Under the pieces are notes generated by a model. The model did not search any database and was not told the origin of the DNA. It worked only from the letters and a program-made list of their open reading frames with translations. The position numbers and the translations under genes are program-made. A stretch of 64,000 nucleotides of DNA from an uncultured cyanobacterium (lineage in GTDB: Bacteria > Cyanobacteriota > Cyanobacteriia > Cyanobacteriales > Cyanobacteriaceae): positions 128,001 through 192,000 of the forward strand of contig CAVQBA010000001.1 in the NCBI GenBank assembly GCA_963710605.1. The letters run 5' to 3'. Below are positions 13,746-23,652 of the stretch, piece by piece (position 1 is the stretch's first letter; every line of letters starts with the position of its first letter).

Positions 13746-15308
13746 ATGGATTGCTCAGTCTTATTAAAAGCACAACAACAAGATTTTTACGCTCGTCTCC
13801 AGATAGGAAACTTACTTGTATGTTCAGAAAATAATCTTCATAGCGAAAGTTGTATTTTAGAAGAAGAAGCGATCGAAAAAATTAATTTAGAATCAATTAT
13901 TGAAGCTCAAAATGTAGTCGATAATTATTTACTAGAAGTTAGTCATCAAGATATTTTTAATTCATTATTTTATCGTCGTTTAACAATAGAAGCATTTTTA
14001 TTTCAATTTGGTAACTTAGTTTGGTTAGATAATATCGAACAAAAAGATTATAGTGAATTATCTTTAACTCAAAGTTTTTTTTCAATTAAAAATAATAGTA
14101 ATATTAAGATTTTAATTAAAACCTATCAAGGAGATATTAATCAAATAAAATTAGAATTGTCTTTAGAAGAAATTCAAAATAGTCAAGTTTTTGTGTTTGC
14201 TTATTTTGTCCATAATGAAGAGAATACTTCTCAATATTTTCAGCCGATATTTTTAGGATTTACAACTATTGATTTATTAAACAAAAATGAGACTAAACAG
14301 GAAATTTTAGTTAAAGATTTATTATATATCGGTGGTTTAAGTTATTATTTGAGTAACGAAGTTAATATTAACGAACCTTTACAGCTATTAGCTAAAAAAC
14401 AAATTAAACAGGGTAAATATCTCCAAGCGATCGAAACTTATAATCAAATAACTCGTTCAGGAGATACAACTGAAAAAAATATTTTTAATCGGGGAATTTG
14501 TTATTATAAATTAGACAAAAAAAAACTAGCTTTAAGAGATTTTTCACGAGTAATTCAACTCAATCATCTTCATAGTTTAGCTTATCATTGGTTAGGATAT
14601 ATCTGTTTAGAATTAGAAAAATATCCTGAAGCGCTTAATAATTATAATCAAGAAATAAAATTAGATTCGCATAACTTTTTTGCCTATTTTCAAAGAGCAT
14701 TAGTTTATCTCAAATTGAATCAACTAATAGATGCTTTAGAAGATTATTCGATCGCACTTAAAATTAATAATCAGTTTTTTCAAGGTTACTATAATCGTGC
14801 TTATCTTTATTATCAGCTAAAAGACTCTCAAAGTGCGATCGAAGACTATAAAATGGCACTTAAAATAAAACCTAATTTAGTACAAGCACATTATAATTTA
14901 GGCGTTATTTATCAAGAATTAAATGATTATCAAGAAGCAATAGAGCAATATCGATTAGCAATCAAAATCAATCCTCGGTATGTTAATGCTTACTATAATT
15001 TAGCCATTTTACAAGCAAATTTAGGTTTATTTGAAAAATCTTTAAATCATTACAAAGAAGTTATTAAAATTGCTCCTGATTTTATTCAAGGCAGTTACAA
15101 TTATAAATCTTTGAAATCTCTACTTAAAAATGAAGGAAATATTTTATTAGATTCCCTGGAATATACTTCTACCTTAGAGCAAACTCCCGGTATCGTTAGT
15201 ATTGATGATCATAATTTACTCAAAATCGAAGACGAAGCAAAATATACTACTTTAGGTGTTAATATCAATCGTGATACTCAGCCAACTCATTATCTAAACT
15301 CTGTCTAA
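13746..15308 (+). CDS. Tetratricopeptide repeat protein
   Basis: Multiple TPR motifs (AYYNLA, AHYNLG, GYYNRA). Confidence 0.85.
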   Translation: MDCSVLLKAQQQDFYARLQIGNLLVCSENNLHSESCILEEEAIEKINLESIIEAQNVVDNYLLEVSHQDIFNSLFYRRLTIEAFLFQFGNLVWLDNIEQKDYSELSLTQSFFSIKNNSNIKILIKTYQGDINQIKLELSLEEIQNSQVFVFAYFVHNEENTSQYFQPIFLGFTTIDLLNKNETKQEILVKDLLYIGGLSYYLSNEVNINEPLQLLAKKQIKQGKYLQAIETYNQITRSGDTTEKNIFNRGICYYKLDKKKLALRDFSRVIQLNHLHSLAYHWLGYICLELEKYPEALNNYNQEIKLDSHNFFAYFQRALVYLKLNQLIDALEDYSIALKINNQFFQGYYNRAYLYYQLKDSQSAIEDYKMALKIKPNLVQAHYNLGVIYQELNDYQEAIEQYRLAIKINPRYVNAYYNLAILQANLGLFEKSLNHYKEVIKIAPDFIQGSYNYKSLKSLLKNEGNILLDSLEYTSTLEQTPGIVSIDDHNLLKIEDEAKYTTLGVNINRDTQPTHYLNSV

Positions 15309-15376
15309 AGACAAATTATCAAATTATTAGCCAAGATTAAAATGATGATGAATTGCTAATTGCTAATTATTAATTG

Positions 15377-16714
15377 TTAGTTATCGGCTACTGTTGTCAC
15401 CGTCAAAATTTGCGGTGGTGTAGCATCAGGAGGATAAAGAAAATTAACTGAGACTGATTTAGTCGTCTGAGGTGGTATCGATAAAGTAATCAAATCCTCG
15501 CCTTTTTCGCCTCTTTTCTGGACTAAATGAAGATACTTTGTTTGGCAAATATTATTTTCATCATGATACTTAACTTTGACTAAACCTCGAAAAAATACCG
15601 ATGATGGTGGAGAAGGAAAATATTTAACACCAACAGTATCTTGTTTGATAGGTGTTGAAATAGCTATAGATACTGTTTTTGTTTGTGAATCGTGATTATG
15701 TAATGGTAAATCGAGACTATACTCAACACCGTAATTACCATGAGCAGAATAAGCTGTATCAGGGTATCTAACTATCATCGGGGCGGTTTGAATTTGATTT
15801 GTACCGAAAGTACCCGCAGTTAGAGTACTTAAGCCATAAGCGATCGTTTTGCCTAATTGAGGAATAGTTAAAATATTGCTGGTGGGGGAATCAGTTATCT
15901 TACTTTGCCACAAATTACCTTGAGAAACACCTGCTACTCTACCATAAATGATGTTACCTTCAGCAGAAGGAGATGTGGGTACTTTATCACGAGGAGTCGA
16001 TAAATTAGCCTTGTTTAAAATCGTTTCCCATTCTGAGATTGAAGGAGGATTGTTTTCACTATTTTGATATTTTGCCAAACTAGCTACATTGACTAAACCA
16101 TCACTATTTAATCTCATGTAAGTCGATCGTCCGTTAAGTTTGGGTGTTAAACTTTGAACAGGAATAGGCAGATTAAGTAACATTTTACTTTCCCCTGCTT
16201 CTAGCTCTATTTGAGCGGGAAAAATAGAGTTACGTTTACCCTGTAGTATTTCTCCTGTAACTCGACTACCTGGTCCTGCATAAACATCATTTGCTTCTAC
16301 TTTAGCAGGTAATTGAATGAATGGGGCATCAGGTTGACTCAGATAACTTGCTCCTTGTAAAATATCGATCGTTACTTTTTTGTTAGTCGGATTATTAACG
16401 ATTATCCCTAAATAAAGGGTTCTATTATCATCTTCTTCTGCTTTAGCTACATGATGAGCAAAAAGATCGAATCTACCGTTAAAACCATAGCCAAGATGTG
16501 CATTTTGATATCTTTTGTCTTTTCTCTCAAAAGTAGAAAGTAAAATACCTTCACCTAAAACTAATTCAGGACTGTTACTATTAAAAACAGGTATTTGATT
16601 TAATTTTCCCGGTAATGGTTGTACAGTATAGTCTGCTGTGACAGGAGGTATCTCTTGGGTGTATAAAGCAGGTTTCTCGACAGGAAAAAGCAAAGATAAT
16701 ATCTCTAACATCAA
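15377..16714 (-). CDS. DUF3370 family protein
   Basis: PVFNSNSPE, FAHH, AHGNYGVEY, YPPDATPPQ motifs. Confidence 0.85.
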   Translation of the reverse strand: MMLEILSLLFPVEKPALYTQEIPPVTADYTVQPLPGKLNQIPVFNSNSPELVLGEGILLSTFERKDKRYQNAHLGYGFNGRFDLFAHHVAKAEEDDNRTLYLGIIVNNPTNKKVTIDILQGASYLSQPDAPFIQLPAKVEANDVYAGPGSRVTGEILQGKRNSIFPAQIELEAGESKMLLNLPIPVQSLTPKLNGRSTYMRLNSDGLVNVASLAKYQNSENNPPSISEWETILNKANLSTPRDKVPTSPSAEGNIIYGRVAGVSQGNLWQSKITDSPTSNILTIPQLGKTIAYGLSTLTAGTFGTNQIQTAPMIVRYPDTAYSAHGNYGVEYSLDLPLHNHDSQTKTVSIAISTPIKQDTVGVKYFPSPPSSVFFRGLVKVKYHDENNICQTKYLHLVQKRGEKGEDLITLSIPPQTTKSVSVNFLYPPDATPPQILTVTTVADN

Positions 16715-16759
16715 ATTTTTTTCAACGTAATAATTTATTGAATAATACTAACAATTTAT

Positions 16760-16966
16760 ATGGATAGTAAAGATTTAGCTAGATATATCGAATCAACAGA
16801 TGGTATTTCCAAACCTTGGTTATTAGTCCAATTACGCCTGAAAAAATTAGAAGAAAACAAACCGTTTATCCCTAGTCATGAATATCTAAGTCAATTAGCT
16901 GATATTCATCAAGATTTAATGAAACTAGGGCAATGGTGGGTTGGCAGGGAAGACGAAGTCTTTTAG
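16760..16966 (+). CDS. Conserved small cyanobacterial hypothetical protein
   Basis: LARYIESTDGISKPWLLVQLRLKKL...WWVGREDEVF. Confidence 0.75.
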   Translation: MDSKDLARYIESTDGISKPWLLVQLRLKKLEENKPFIPSHEYLSQLADIHQDLMKLGQWWVGREDEVF

Positions 16967-16999
16967 GAGTTAAGAGTTAAGAGTTAAGAGTTAAGAGTT
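16965..16999 (+). repeat. Heptamer tandem repeat (AAGAGTT)n
   Basis: Five units between convergent genes; same unit at 27249-27276, 48880-48914 and inverted at 36313-36346, 49254-49299. Confidence 0.85.
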
Positions 17000-17001
17000 G
17001 C

Positions 17002-17883
17002 TCAGTGTTTACCGTGAAAGCGGATACCTAAAAATAGATCGTAAAGAAAACTCCAGAAGTTTTTTGCTTTTAATAAACCTAAAGATTGCTCACATCCTTT
17101 TTGATCTAATAAAGGTTTGGTTTTAAAGTAAGCCGACTCGTATCGATACCAAGGAATGGATGGCCAAAGATGATGAACAAGATGATAATTTTGTCCGAGA
17201 ATGAGTAAATTTAAAATTCGACTAGGATAAACTCTAGCATTTTTCCAACGATCGCGTTCAGTAAAAGGGCGATGAGGTAAATAATCAAAAAATAAACCCA
17301 AAGCAATTCCGACAACTAAAGCTGGAACGAACCAAAAATTCATGACATAACCAATAAAACCATAACGGATGGCAATAAAGACGATCGTAAATAAAAATAA
17401 ACGACTTAAAAACCACTCCAATAATTCATTTTTACGCCATAATTTGCGTTTAAAGAAAAAGATTTCGTGATAAAAAAATCGAGCGGCAATTAACCATAAC
17501 GGGCCACCCGTAGAAACATAATGATCAGGATCATTTTCGGGATCATTTACATGAGCATGATGCTGTAAATGAACACGAGTAAAAACAGGAAATGCAAAAC
17601 CTAACATTAATGCACTGCCATGACCTAAAAATGAATTTACAATACGATTGCGGTGAGCGCTATTATGAGAAGCATCATGAATGACAGTACCTGATAGGTG
17701 TAAGGCTAGGACATTTGCACAAAAGCAAATCCAGTCAGGAAAATGAAGCAAAAAATAAGCACAAGTGGAACTAATAATTAAAAGGACAGCGGTAATAAAC
17801 ATTAACACATTAGGATTCCATCCACCTTCTGCCTTAAGATATTCTTTGGGTACCGATGTCAACACAGGTAAGACCGACTGCAT
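17002..17883 (-). CDS. crtR: Beta-carotene hydroxylase
   Basis: His boxes HDASH, HLQHH, HLVHH; FFDYLPHRPF; cyanobacterial CrtR-like sequence. Confidence 0.93.
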   Translation of the reverse strand: MQSVLPVLTSVPKEYLKAEGGWNPNVLMFITAVLLIISSTCAYFLLHFPDWICFCANVLALHLSGTVIHDASHNSAHRNRIVNSFLGHGSALMLGFAFPVFTRVHLQHHAHVNDPENDPDHYVSTGGPLWLIAARFFYHEIFFFKRKLWRKNELLEWFLSRLFLFTIVFIAIRYGFIGYVMNFWFVPALVVGIALGLFFDYLPHRPFTERDRWKNARVYPSRILNLLILGQNYHLVHHLWPSIPWYRYESAYFKTKPLLDQKGCEQSLGLLKAKNFWSFLYDLFLGIRFHGKH

Positions 17884-17954
17884 TGGGATTGTTTGCTCCT
17901 TAAGTTTAATCTGAACATTATTTTCTTGTTGTAGTTTATCGTATTTTGAGCCGA

Positions 17955-17972
17955 ATTGTAAACTTTTGTAAC
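17955..17972 (-). promoter_or_regulatory. HLR1 (RpaB-binding) direct repeat upstream of crtR
   Basis: Minus strand GTTACAAA-AG-TTTACAAT fits (G/T)TTACA(T/A)(T/A)-N2 repeat. Confidence 0.7.
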
Positions 17973-18249
17973 TAAAGATATGAAATTTTTCAGAAAAATA
18001 CCCGAAATCTTAAATATTTTCTGTAGTTACTAAAACTAAATTCTTTCGACTAAAAACAGATTGCTATGAACAGTTACCAAAATAACAAATTTTAATCATA
18101 ACTAGGGAGTTAAAACCTGTCAAGATTAGGATTATTAATCAAAAAAATACTCAAAAACAGTTTAACTAATTTTTTTTCCTAACTATAATCTCTGTTTCAT
18201 TGTTTCAGATTGAGATACACTATACTAAAGAAGCTTAAAATCAGTTGTT

Positions 18250-19002
18250 TTGGGGGGAAAAAATTTGGACGGTCAAAAAGAAAAAATTTTAGTAGTAGAT
18301 GATGAAGCGAGTATCCGTCGTATATTAGAAACTCGTTTGTCAATGATCGGTTACGATGTTGTTACTGCCGCTGACGGAGAAGATGCTATCACAACTTTTT
18401 ATGATAGTCAGCCCGATTTGGTCGTACTCGATGTCATGATGCCCAAATTAGATGGTTACGGTGTCTGCCAAGAACTGAGAAAAGAATCTGATATTCCCAT
18501 TATTATGTTAACCGCTTTAGGTGATGTGGCCGATCGAATTACAGGTTTAGAATTAGGTGCAGATGATTATGTTGTCAAACCTTTCTCTCCTAAAGAGTTA
18601 GAAGCCAGAATCCGTTCTGTATTAAGAAGAGTTGATAAAACAGGTGGTGTAGGAATACCAAGCTCAGGCGTAATTAGTATAAATTCAATTAAAATTGATA
18701 CCAATAAACGTCAGGTATCTAAGGGTGATCAAAGAATCCGTTTAACAGGGATGGAATTTAGTCTGCTTGAATTGCTAGTAAGTAAATCAGGTGAGCCTTT
18801 TTCTCGTTCAGAAATTTTACAAGAAGTTTGGGGTTATACACCTGAGCGTCATGTTGATACTAGAGTGGTAGATGTTCATGTATCTCGTTTAAGAGCTAAA
18901 TTAGAAGATGATCCTAGTAATCCTGAATTAATCTTAACTGCTAGAGGTACAGGTTATTTATTTCAAAGAATACTTGAACCAGGAGAAAAAAGAACTCCGT
19001 AG
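18250..19002 (+). CDS. rpaB: OmpR-family response regulator RpaB (true start possibly TTG at 18265)
   Basis: KILVVDDEASIRRILETRLSMIGY and WGYTPERHVDTRVVDVH signatures. Confidence 0.95.
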   Translation: MGGKNLDGQKEKILVVDDEASIRRILETRLSMIGYDVVTAADGEDAITTFYDSQPDLVVLDVMMPKLDGYGVCQELRKESDIPIIMLTALGDVADRITGLELGADDYVVKPFSPKELEARIRSVLRRVDKTGGVGIPSSGVISINSIKIDTNKRQVSKGDQRIRLTGMEFSLLELLVSKSGEPFSRSEILQEVWGYTPERHVDTRVVDVHVSRLRAKLEDDPSNPELILTARGTGYLFQRILEPGEKRTP

Positions 19003-19329
19003 TTTAACAACTATTCAGTCAATTTATCTCTAGTTAATTACGATAAAAAATAACTAAATAATCTTGAATTTATTTTTAAATAAACTATAATACTGTAATT
19101 TTAACAACCTAATTGGTAAATTATTTTCGGTATAACTTAAGATTAATTATAACTACAAATAGTTAAAAGATAAAAGAGCCAACAGTTTTGGCTTTTTCAA
19201 AAACTTCAGCTTTTCTTGATTAGAAATATATATTTTAGCTAAAAAACAAGATCAATAATTAGACTGTTACATTATTCTCATCTTTAATTTAAAGTTTAAA
19301 AAACTATTATTTGATATTAATATATTATT

Positions 19330-20007
19330 ATGGCTAAAACCGTTAATAACCAATGGATTCAAAATTTTCCTTTAATTGGTGGTATATTGGGCGGTTTTTT
19401 ATTAATGACTAATCGTTTGACAACACCGATCGTTTTAGATTCTCAAGCACGCTCAGATGCTTTAGGCGTAATTTTTTGTGCCATGTTATTACTCACTAGT
19501 ATTTTACTACGACAAATTAATCCTAATCCTCCTGAAAGTGTTACCTTAATTGGGAATCAAGGAATGGAAATGCAACCAAACCTGCCCGAAACCTTACAAA
19601 CAGAAATTGCTTGGGCAACCCATTTGATTTTAGCCAATACAGTCACTCAATCGATCGTGATTTACTATCAAGAACAAACTATATTACGTCGTGGAATTAT
19701 TGGTGGTACAAACACACAACTAACACAAGGCAGTATCGTTGAAAGAGTAATCAAGACTCAAAAACCAATTTATCTAGTTGATTTAAAACATTATCCGGGC
19801 AAAATTGAGTTTAACTATTTACCAGAAAACATACAAGGATTAATTTGTTTACCCCTCAACAATGAAGGTGTGATGATTACCGCTACTAATATTCCTCGTA
19901 GTTATAGTAAAAAAGATGAGTCATGGATTCAAGGAATTAGTGAAAAAATTGCTCTTAGTTTAGAAACTGATTTTTCTCAGGAAAAAAAATCCTCAATCTC
20001 AACTTGA
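19330..20007 (+). CDS. Cofactor assembly of complex C subunit B (CCB2/CCB4 family)
   Basis: Two N-terminal TM helices, QARSDALG, EIAWATHLIL, LKHYPGKIEF. Confidence 0.75.
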   Translation: MAKTVNNQWIQNFPLIGGILGGFLLMTNRLTTPIVLDSQARSDALGVIFCAMLLLTSILLRQINPNPPESVTLIGNQGMEMQPNLPETLQTEIAWATHLILANTVTQSIVIYYQEQTILRRGIIGGTNTQLTQGSIVERVIKTQKPIYLVDLKHYPGKIEFNYLPENIQGLICLPLNNEGVMITATNIPRSYSKKDESWIQGISEKIALSLETDFSQEKKSSIST

Positions 20008-20171
20008 GAAATTAGCAAATTAAGTGAACAGATAATTATCAACTATAATAAAAATACCTGTTTAAGATATCAAAGTTAAAAGAATTAAGTTATTATCAAA
20101 AGACCAACAGTATATTTGTAAAAAAACTTAAATAAAATCAAAGTAAACTTGCTTGATATATTTCAATTATT

Positions 20172-21050
20172 ATGATAGATGTACAAAACCGTTTACGGAA
20201 TGAATTTCTTAACACACAAGTAATCACTAGAAATACAGGAAAAAGACTTGGAGTAGTCAAAGAAGTATTAGTTGATGTGGATAGGAGGGAGATTGTTGCT
20301 TTTGGCTTAAGAGATAATCGTTTTGCCATGTCAGGAATACCTAAATATATGTACCTTAGTAGTGTTTCTCAGACAGGTGATGTTATTCTCGTTGAAAGTG
20401 AAGATGTCATTGAAGACGTAGATATAGATTTATATAGCCCTCTGATTAACTCTGAAGTAGTTACCGAAACAGGCGAAACTCTAGGTAAGGTAAGAGATTT
20501 CCAATTTAATCAAATCAACGGTGAATTAAGCTCTTTGATTATTGCTACTCTTGGTTATCCACAAATTCCCGAACAAATGATTAGTACTTACGAGCTATCA
20601 ATCGAAGAAATTGTCAGCAGTGGTCCTAAAAGAGTGATTGTTTTTGAAGGAGCGCAAGAGCGTATTGTTCAAGTGACAGAAGGCGTTTTAGAAAGACTCG
20701 GTATCGGTCGTGCACCTTGGGATAAAGAAGACGAAGATATGTATTATGCACCCACAACTCCTCCTGAGAATCAATTACCAACAGGGATACCAGCACGTCC
20801 ACCAGTTGTCGCTCCACCATTACCTAGACGTGAACCTGTAATGGAAGAAAATTGGCAAGATGAACAGTGGGAAGAAGAGCAAAGACCGATCGCACCCCCT
20901 CCATTACGTCGTCAAGCCCAGCAGCCAATTCCTTACGAAGAAGAAGCCTCTTTAGAAGAAGATGTGTGGGATGACCAAAGTGATGATTATCGTCCTCAAA
21001 GAGTTAATATTCCTAAAAAACAAGCAATGCCTGAATATGAGGAATACTAA
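20172..21050 (+). CDS. PRC-barrel domain protein
   Basis: Two PRC-barrels (TQVITRNTGKRLG; EVVTETGETLGKVRD) and an acidic, Pro-rich tail. Confidence 0.85.
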   Translation: MIDVQNRLRNEFLNTQVITRNTGKRLGVVKEVLVDVDRREIVAFGLRDNRFAMSGIPKYMYLSSVSQTGDVILVESEDVIEDVDIDLYSPLINSEVVTETGETLGKVRDFQFNQINGELSSLIIATLGYPQIPEQMISTYELSIEEIVSSGPKRVIVFEGAQERIVQVTEGVLERLGIGRAPWDKEDEDMYYAPTTPPENQLPTGIPARPPVVAPPLPRREPVMEENWQDEQWEEEQRPIAPPPLRRQAQQPIPYEEEASLEEDVWDDQSDDYRPQRVNIPKKQAMPEYEEY

Positions 21051-21051
21051 A

Positions 21052-21093
21052 AATAATTAATAATTAATAATTAATAATTAATAATTAATAATT
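21052..21093 (+). repeat. Heptamer tandem repeat (AATAATT)6
   Basis: Directly visible. Confidence 0.9.
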
Positions 21094-21102
21094 AGGTAAT
21101 TT

Positions 21103-21136
21103 AAACCGCTTCTGACTTAGGTTAGAGGCGGTTTTT
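21103..21136 (+). terminator. Intrinsic terminator
   Basis: AAACCGCTTCTGAC-TTAG-GTTAGAGGCGGTTT hairpin ending in a T-tract. Confidence 0.75.
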
Positions 21137-21204
21137 GGAGTTAAGAGTTAGAGAGGTTTGAGCCAAACGTCTGTACAAGAGTTAAAAGGCACTCATGCAA
21201 GAAG

Positions 21205-21377
21205 TATAGTTATTTCAAATAAAAATGAGACAACTTCTTGGTGCTGGTAAGTTGGAGTTTAATTTATTAAACGGACTTTGTTAGCCTTGTAATGATAATT
21301 GCTCGTCGGGTTTGCTACTCACCTAACATTTTTTACGATGATGAATACTGTCTCAATTCTTTTTTTTAACGACTATA
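21205..21377. repeat. MITE-like element (about 173 bp)
   Basis: TATAGTTATT...TGAGACA and TGTCTCA...AACGACTATA imperfect terminal inverted repeats. Confidence 0.55.
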
Positions 21378-21610
21378 AGAGTTTAATTCTCAATTCTCGC
21401 ACTCTCTCAATTCAATTTAGATTCTAATGATTTTTAACTTTTGTGGGGTCTTAGGGGAGCAGTAAGTCCCACGCTATATTTTCGACAAAAGACAAAAACA
21501 AATTAGCGCCCTTGATACACGGACTCCCCTAGTTATCTTGAAGCACTCGATGTGCGATAAAAATAACAATATAACAATCTATGATATGATTTTATCATCA
21601 ATCTAAGTAC

Positions 21611-22879
21611 GTGATAATGCTAAAAGTCGTCAAAGTAAGATTATACCCAACACAGCAACAGATGGAAGAGTTGTCAAAAGCTTTCGGTTGTACTCGTTGG
21701 CTATGGAATAAATTCTTAGCTTTGACTAATGAGACATACAAAAACACTGGGAAAGGTTTATCTCGTTATGATTTACAAAAACAACTGCCAGAGTTGAAAA
21801 AAGAATATCAATGGTTGGGGGAAACTTACTCTCAATGTTTACAAGTAGTATGTCTAAATCTATCTCGTGCTTTCATCAACTTCTTTGAAAAACGCTCGGC
21901 TTTTCCTCGCTTTAAATCTAAGCATGGTAAGCAATCATTGTCTTATCCTCAAAATGTGAAGGTACTTGATGGTTATCTTAAGTTCCCTAAGCTAGGTGAA
22001 ATATACGCCAAGATTCATAGACCGATTGAAGGCAAGGTAAAAACGGTTACTATCAGTTTGAATAAAGCTGGTCAATACTATGCTTCAGTTTTATTCGAGG
22101 ATAGTAAAGAAAAGCCTAAGCAATCAACTGACGGAAAAGCGATTGGTCTTGATATGGGATTGACTCATTTTTGCATTACATCAGAGGGGTCTAAATATGA
22201 TAATCCTCGCTGGTTAGAAAAGCATGAGCGTAACTTGAAGCTAAAACAAAAAGCATTATCACGGACACAAAAAGGTAGCAACAATCGCACATTAGCACGG
22301 GTTAAAGTTGCCAAGGTTCATAATAAAATATCTCGTTGTCGAGAAGATTTTCAGCACAAACTATCACGCAAGGTAGTAAACGAAAACCAAGTTATTGTAG
22401 TTGAAAATCTCAATATCAAAGGTATGGTCAAAAATCATTGTTTAGCTAAATCTATCTCCCAAGTAGGTTGGGGTAGTTTTATGACAATGCTAAAATATAA
22501 AGCAGAAGATGAAGGTAAAGTATATCTAGAAATAGATCGCTTTTTCCCTAGTTCTAAAACCTGCTCTAACTGCTTGAATATAGTTGACAGTTTACCCCTT
22601 GATATTCGTCACTGGAGCTGTAAAAGTTGTGGTACTAAACACGATCGAGACATAAACGCCTCCATCAATATTCGAGATGAAGGTATGCGAATTATTTCCT
22701 CTGGAACGGGGGATAAAGCGAGCCAGTGTGGTCTTGGTGGTTTCCCCAATGAACAACTGGCTCAAGAAGCCTATTGCCCAGATGTAAGACGTAGTAGAGG
22801 TGGACGCAAGAAAGCCACTACGCGCGCTATCTGTTGGATAGGAAGCCCACACTATAATCTTGGATTTAGTGTGTGGTAG
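21611..22879 (+). CDS. tnpB: RNA-guided endonuclease TnpB
   Basis: N-terminal HTH, RuvC D (GLDMG), E (VVENL), D (DRDINA), CSNC/CKSC zinc finger. Confidence 0.93.
   Translation: MIMLKVVKVRLYPTQQQMEELSKAFGCTRWLWNKFLALTNETYKNTGKGLSRYDLQKQLPELKKEYQWLGETYSQCLQVVCLNLSRAFINFFEKRSAFPRFKSKHGKQSLSYPQNVKVLDGYLKFPKLGEIYAKIHRPIEGKVKTVTISLNKAGQYYASVLFEDSKEKPKQSTDGKAIGLDMGLTHFCITSEGSKYDNPRWLEKHERNLKLKQKALSRTQKGSNNRTLARVKVAKVHNKISRCREDFQHKLSRKVVNENQVIVVENLNIKGMVKNHCLAKSISQVGWGSFMTMLKYKAEDEGKVYLEIDRFFPSSKTCSNCLNIVDSLPLDIRHWSCKSCGTKHDRDINASINIRDEGMRIISSGTGDKASQCGLGGFPNEQLAQEAYCPDVRRSRGGRKKATTRAICWIGSPHYNLGFSVW
22720..22770 (+). repeat. 51-bp small palindromic repeat inserted in frame near the tnpB 3' end
   Basis: GAGCCAGT...ACTGGCTC inverted ends with AAGC on both sides; removal gives GTGDKAYCPDV. 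Confidence 0.7.
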
Positions 22880-23436
22880 TTCACGACAGAATCGAGTTGC
22901 TGATACACTTCTAATAATCGATCGGCTTTAAGGTGTACTTCTGAAGTCGGATAGTTTTGTAATATTTCAATGATGCTGATATTGTTGTCTTTTAAAGCAG
23001 AGGTAACTAAAGCACCACGCAGAGATTCTCGACTCGCTCTTTCACTAGGAGTGGTAATCACTTCACTAATATTATCCAAAATAAAACTACCTAAAAAGTT
23101 ATTAAGTACATCAGATAAAACAACACCATTTACAGGGATTTCTCTAGTAAGAATTTCTCTAACTTGTTCAGGGTTTTGTTTACTAGCTCGTAAATAAAAA
23201 TCTATCTCGGAGGAAGGCTCACCTGTTTCACAAAATTCGGTTAATTCTTCTACTGACAACGATTCTCTTAATATACCGTAAGTAACGATAACATTATCTG
23301 CGGCGATCGATGGGGAATAGCTACCAAAAACAGAACCGAGTAAACAAGAGATTATTAAAAAATAACGATTAAAAAACATGAGGGGTGCGAATAAAAATAG
23401 GAGGAATCTACTAATCCTAGACGAAAATTCCGACAA
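22852..23436 (-). CDS. DUF1400 (alpha/beta hydrolase-associated) protein; last codons come from the IS right end
   Basis: Signal peptide, SLSVEEL-F-ETG, LRGALV-SAL-D, ILQNYPT. Confidence 0.8.
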   Translation of the reverse strand: MSEFSSRISRFLLFLFAPLMFFNRYFLIISCLLGSVFGSYSPSIAADNVIVTYGILRESLSVEELTEFCETGEPSSEIDFYLRASKQNPEQVREILTREIPVNGVVLSDVLNNFLGSFILDNISEVITTPSERASRESLRGALVTSALKDNNISIIEILQNYPTSEVHLKADRLLEVYQQLDSVVNYHTLNPRL

Positions 23437-23652
23437 AAAGTTCTGAAAACAAATAACCGTGAATAGATAACAGTCAACAAATAAAGATAAAGTAGTAGGT
23501 TTATAAACTAAGTTCGTCGAGAGTTATTTTCTCATCCATTATCTTGATTGATTACTAATCTTTTTTTTGCCTAAAAATACTAGAGGCTACTATTTTACAC
23601 TTCAAAGCCAAATTTATTAATCATGAGCAAATAGTTAAAATAGAATAATTTC

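Larger units (their letters stand above)
21450..22884 (+). mobile_element. IS200/IS605-family element with tnpB only (left end approximate)
   Basis: tnpB; right-end hairpin CCACACTA...TAGTGTGTGG followed by TAGTTCAC; no tnpA seen. Confidence 0.75.

Noticed and set aside
21450-22884. Cas12-like or CRISPR-associated TnpB
   Set aside because: Ordinary TnpB size with an IS right end and no adjacent array; it is about 30 kb from the CRISPR array.
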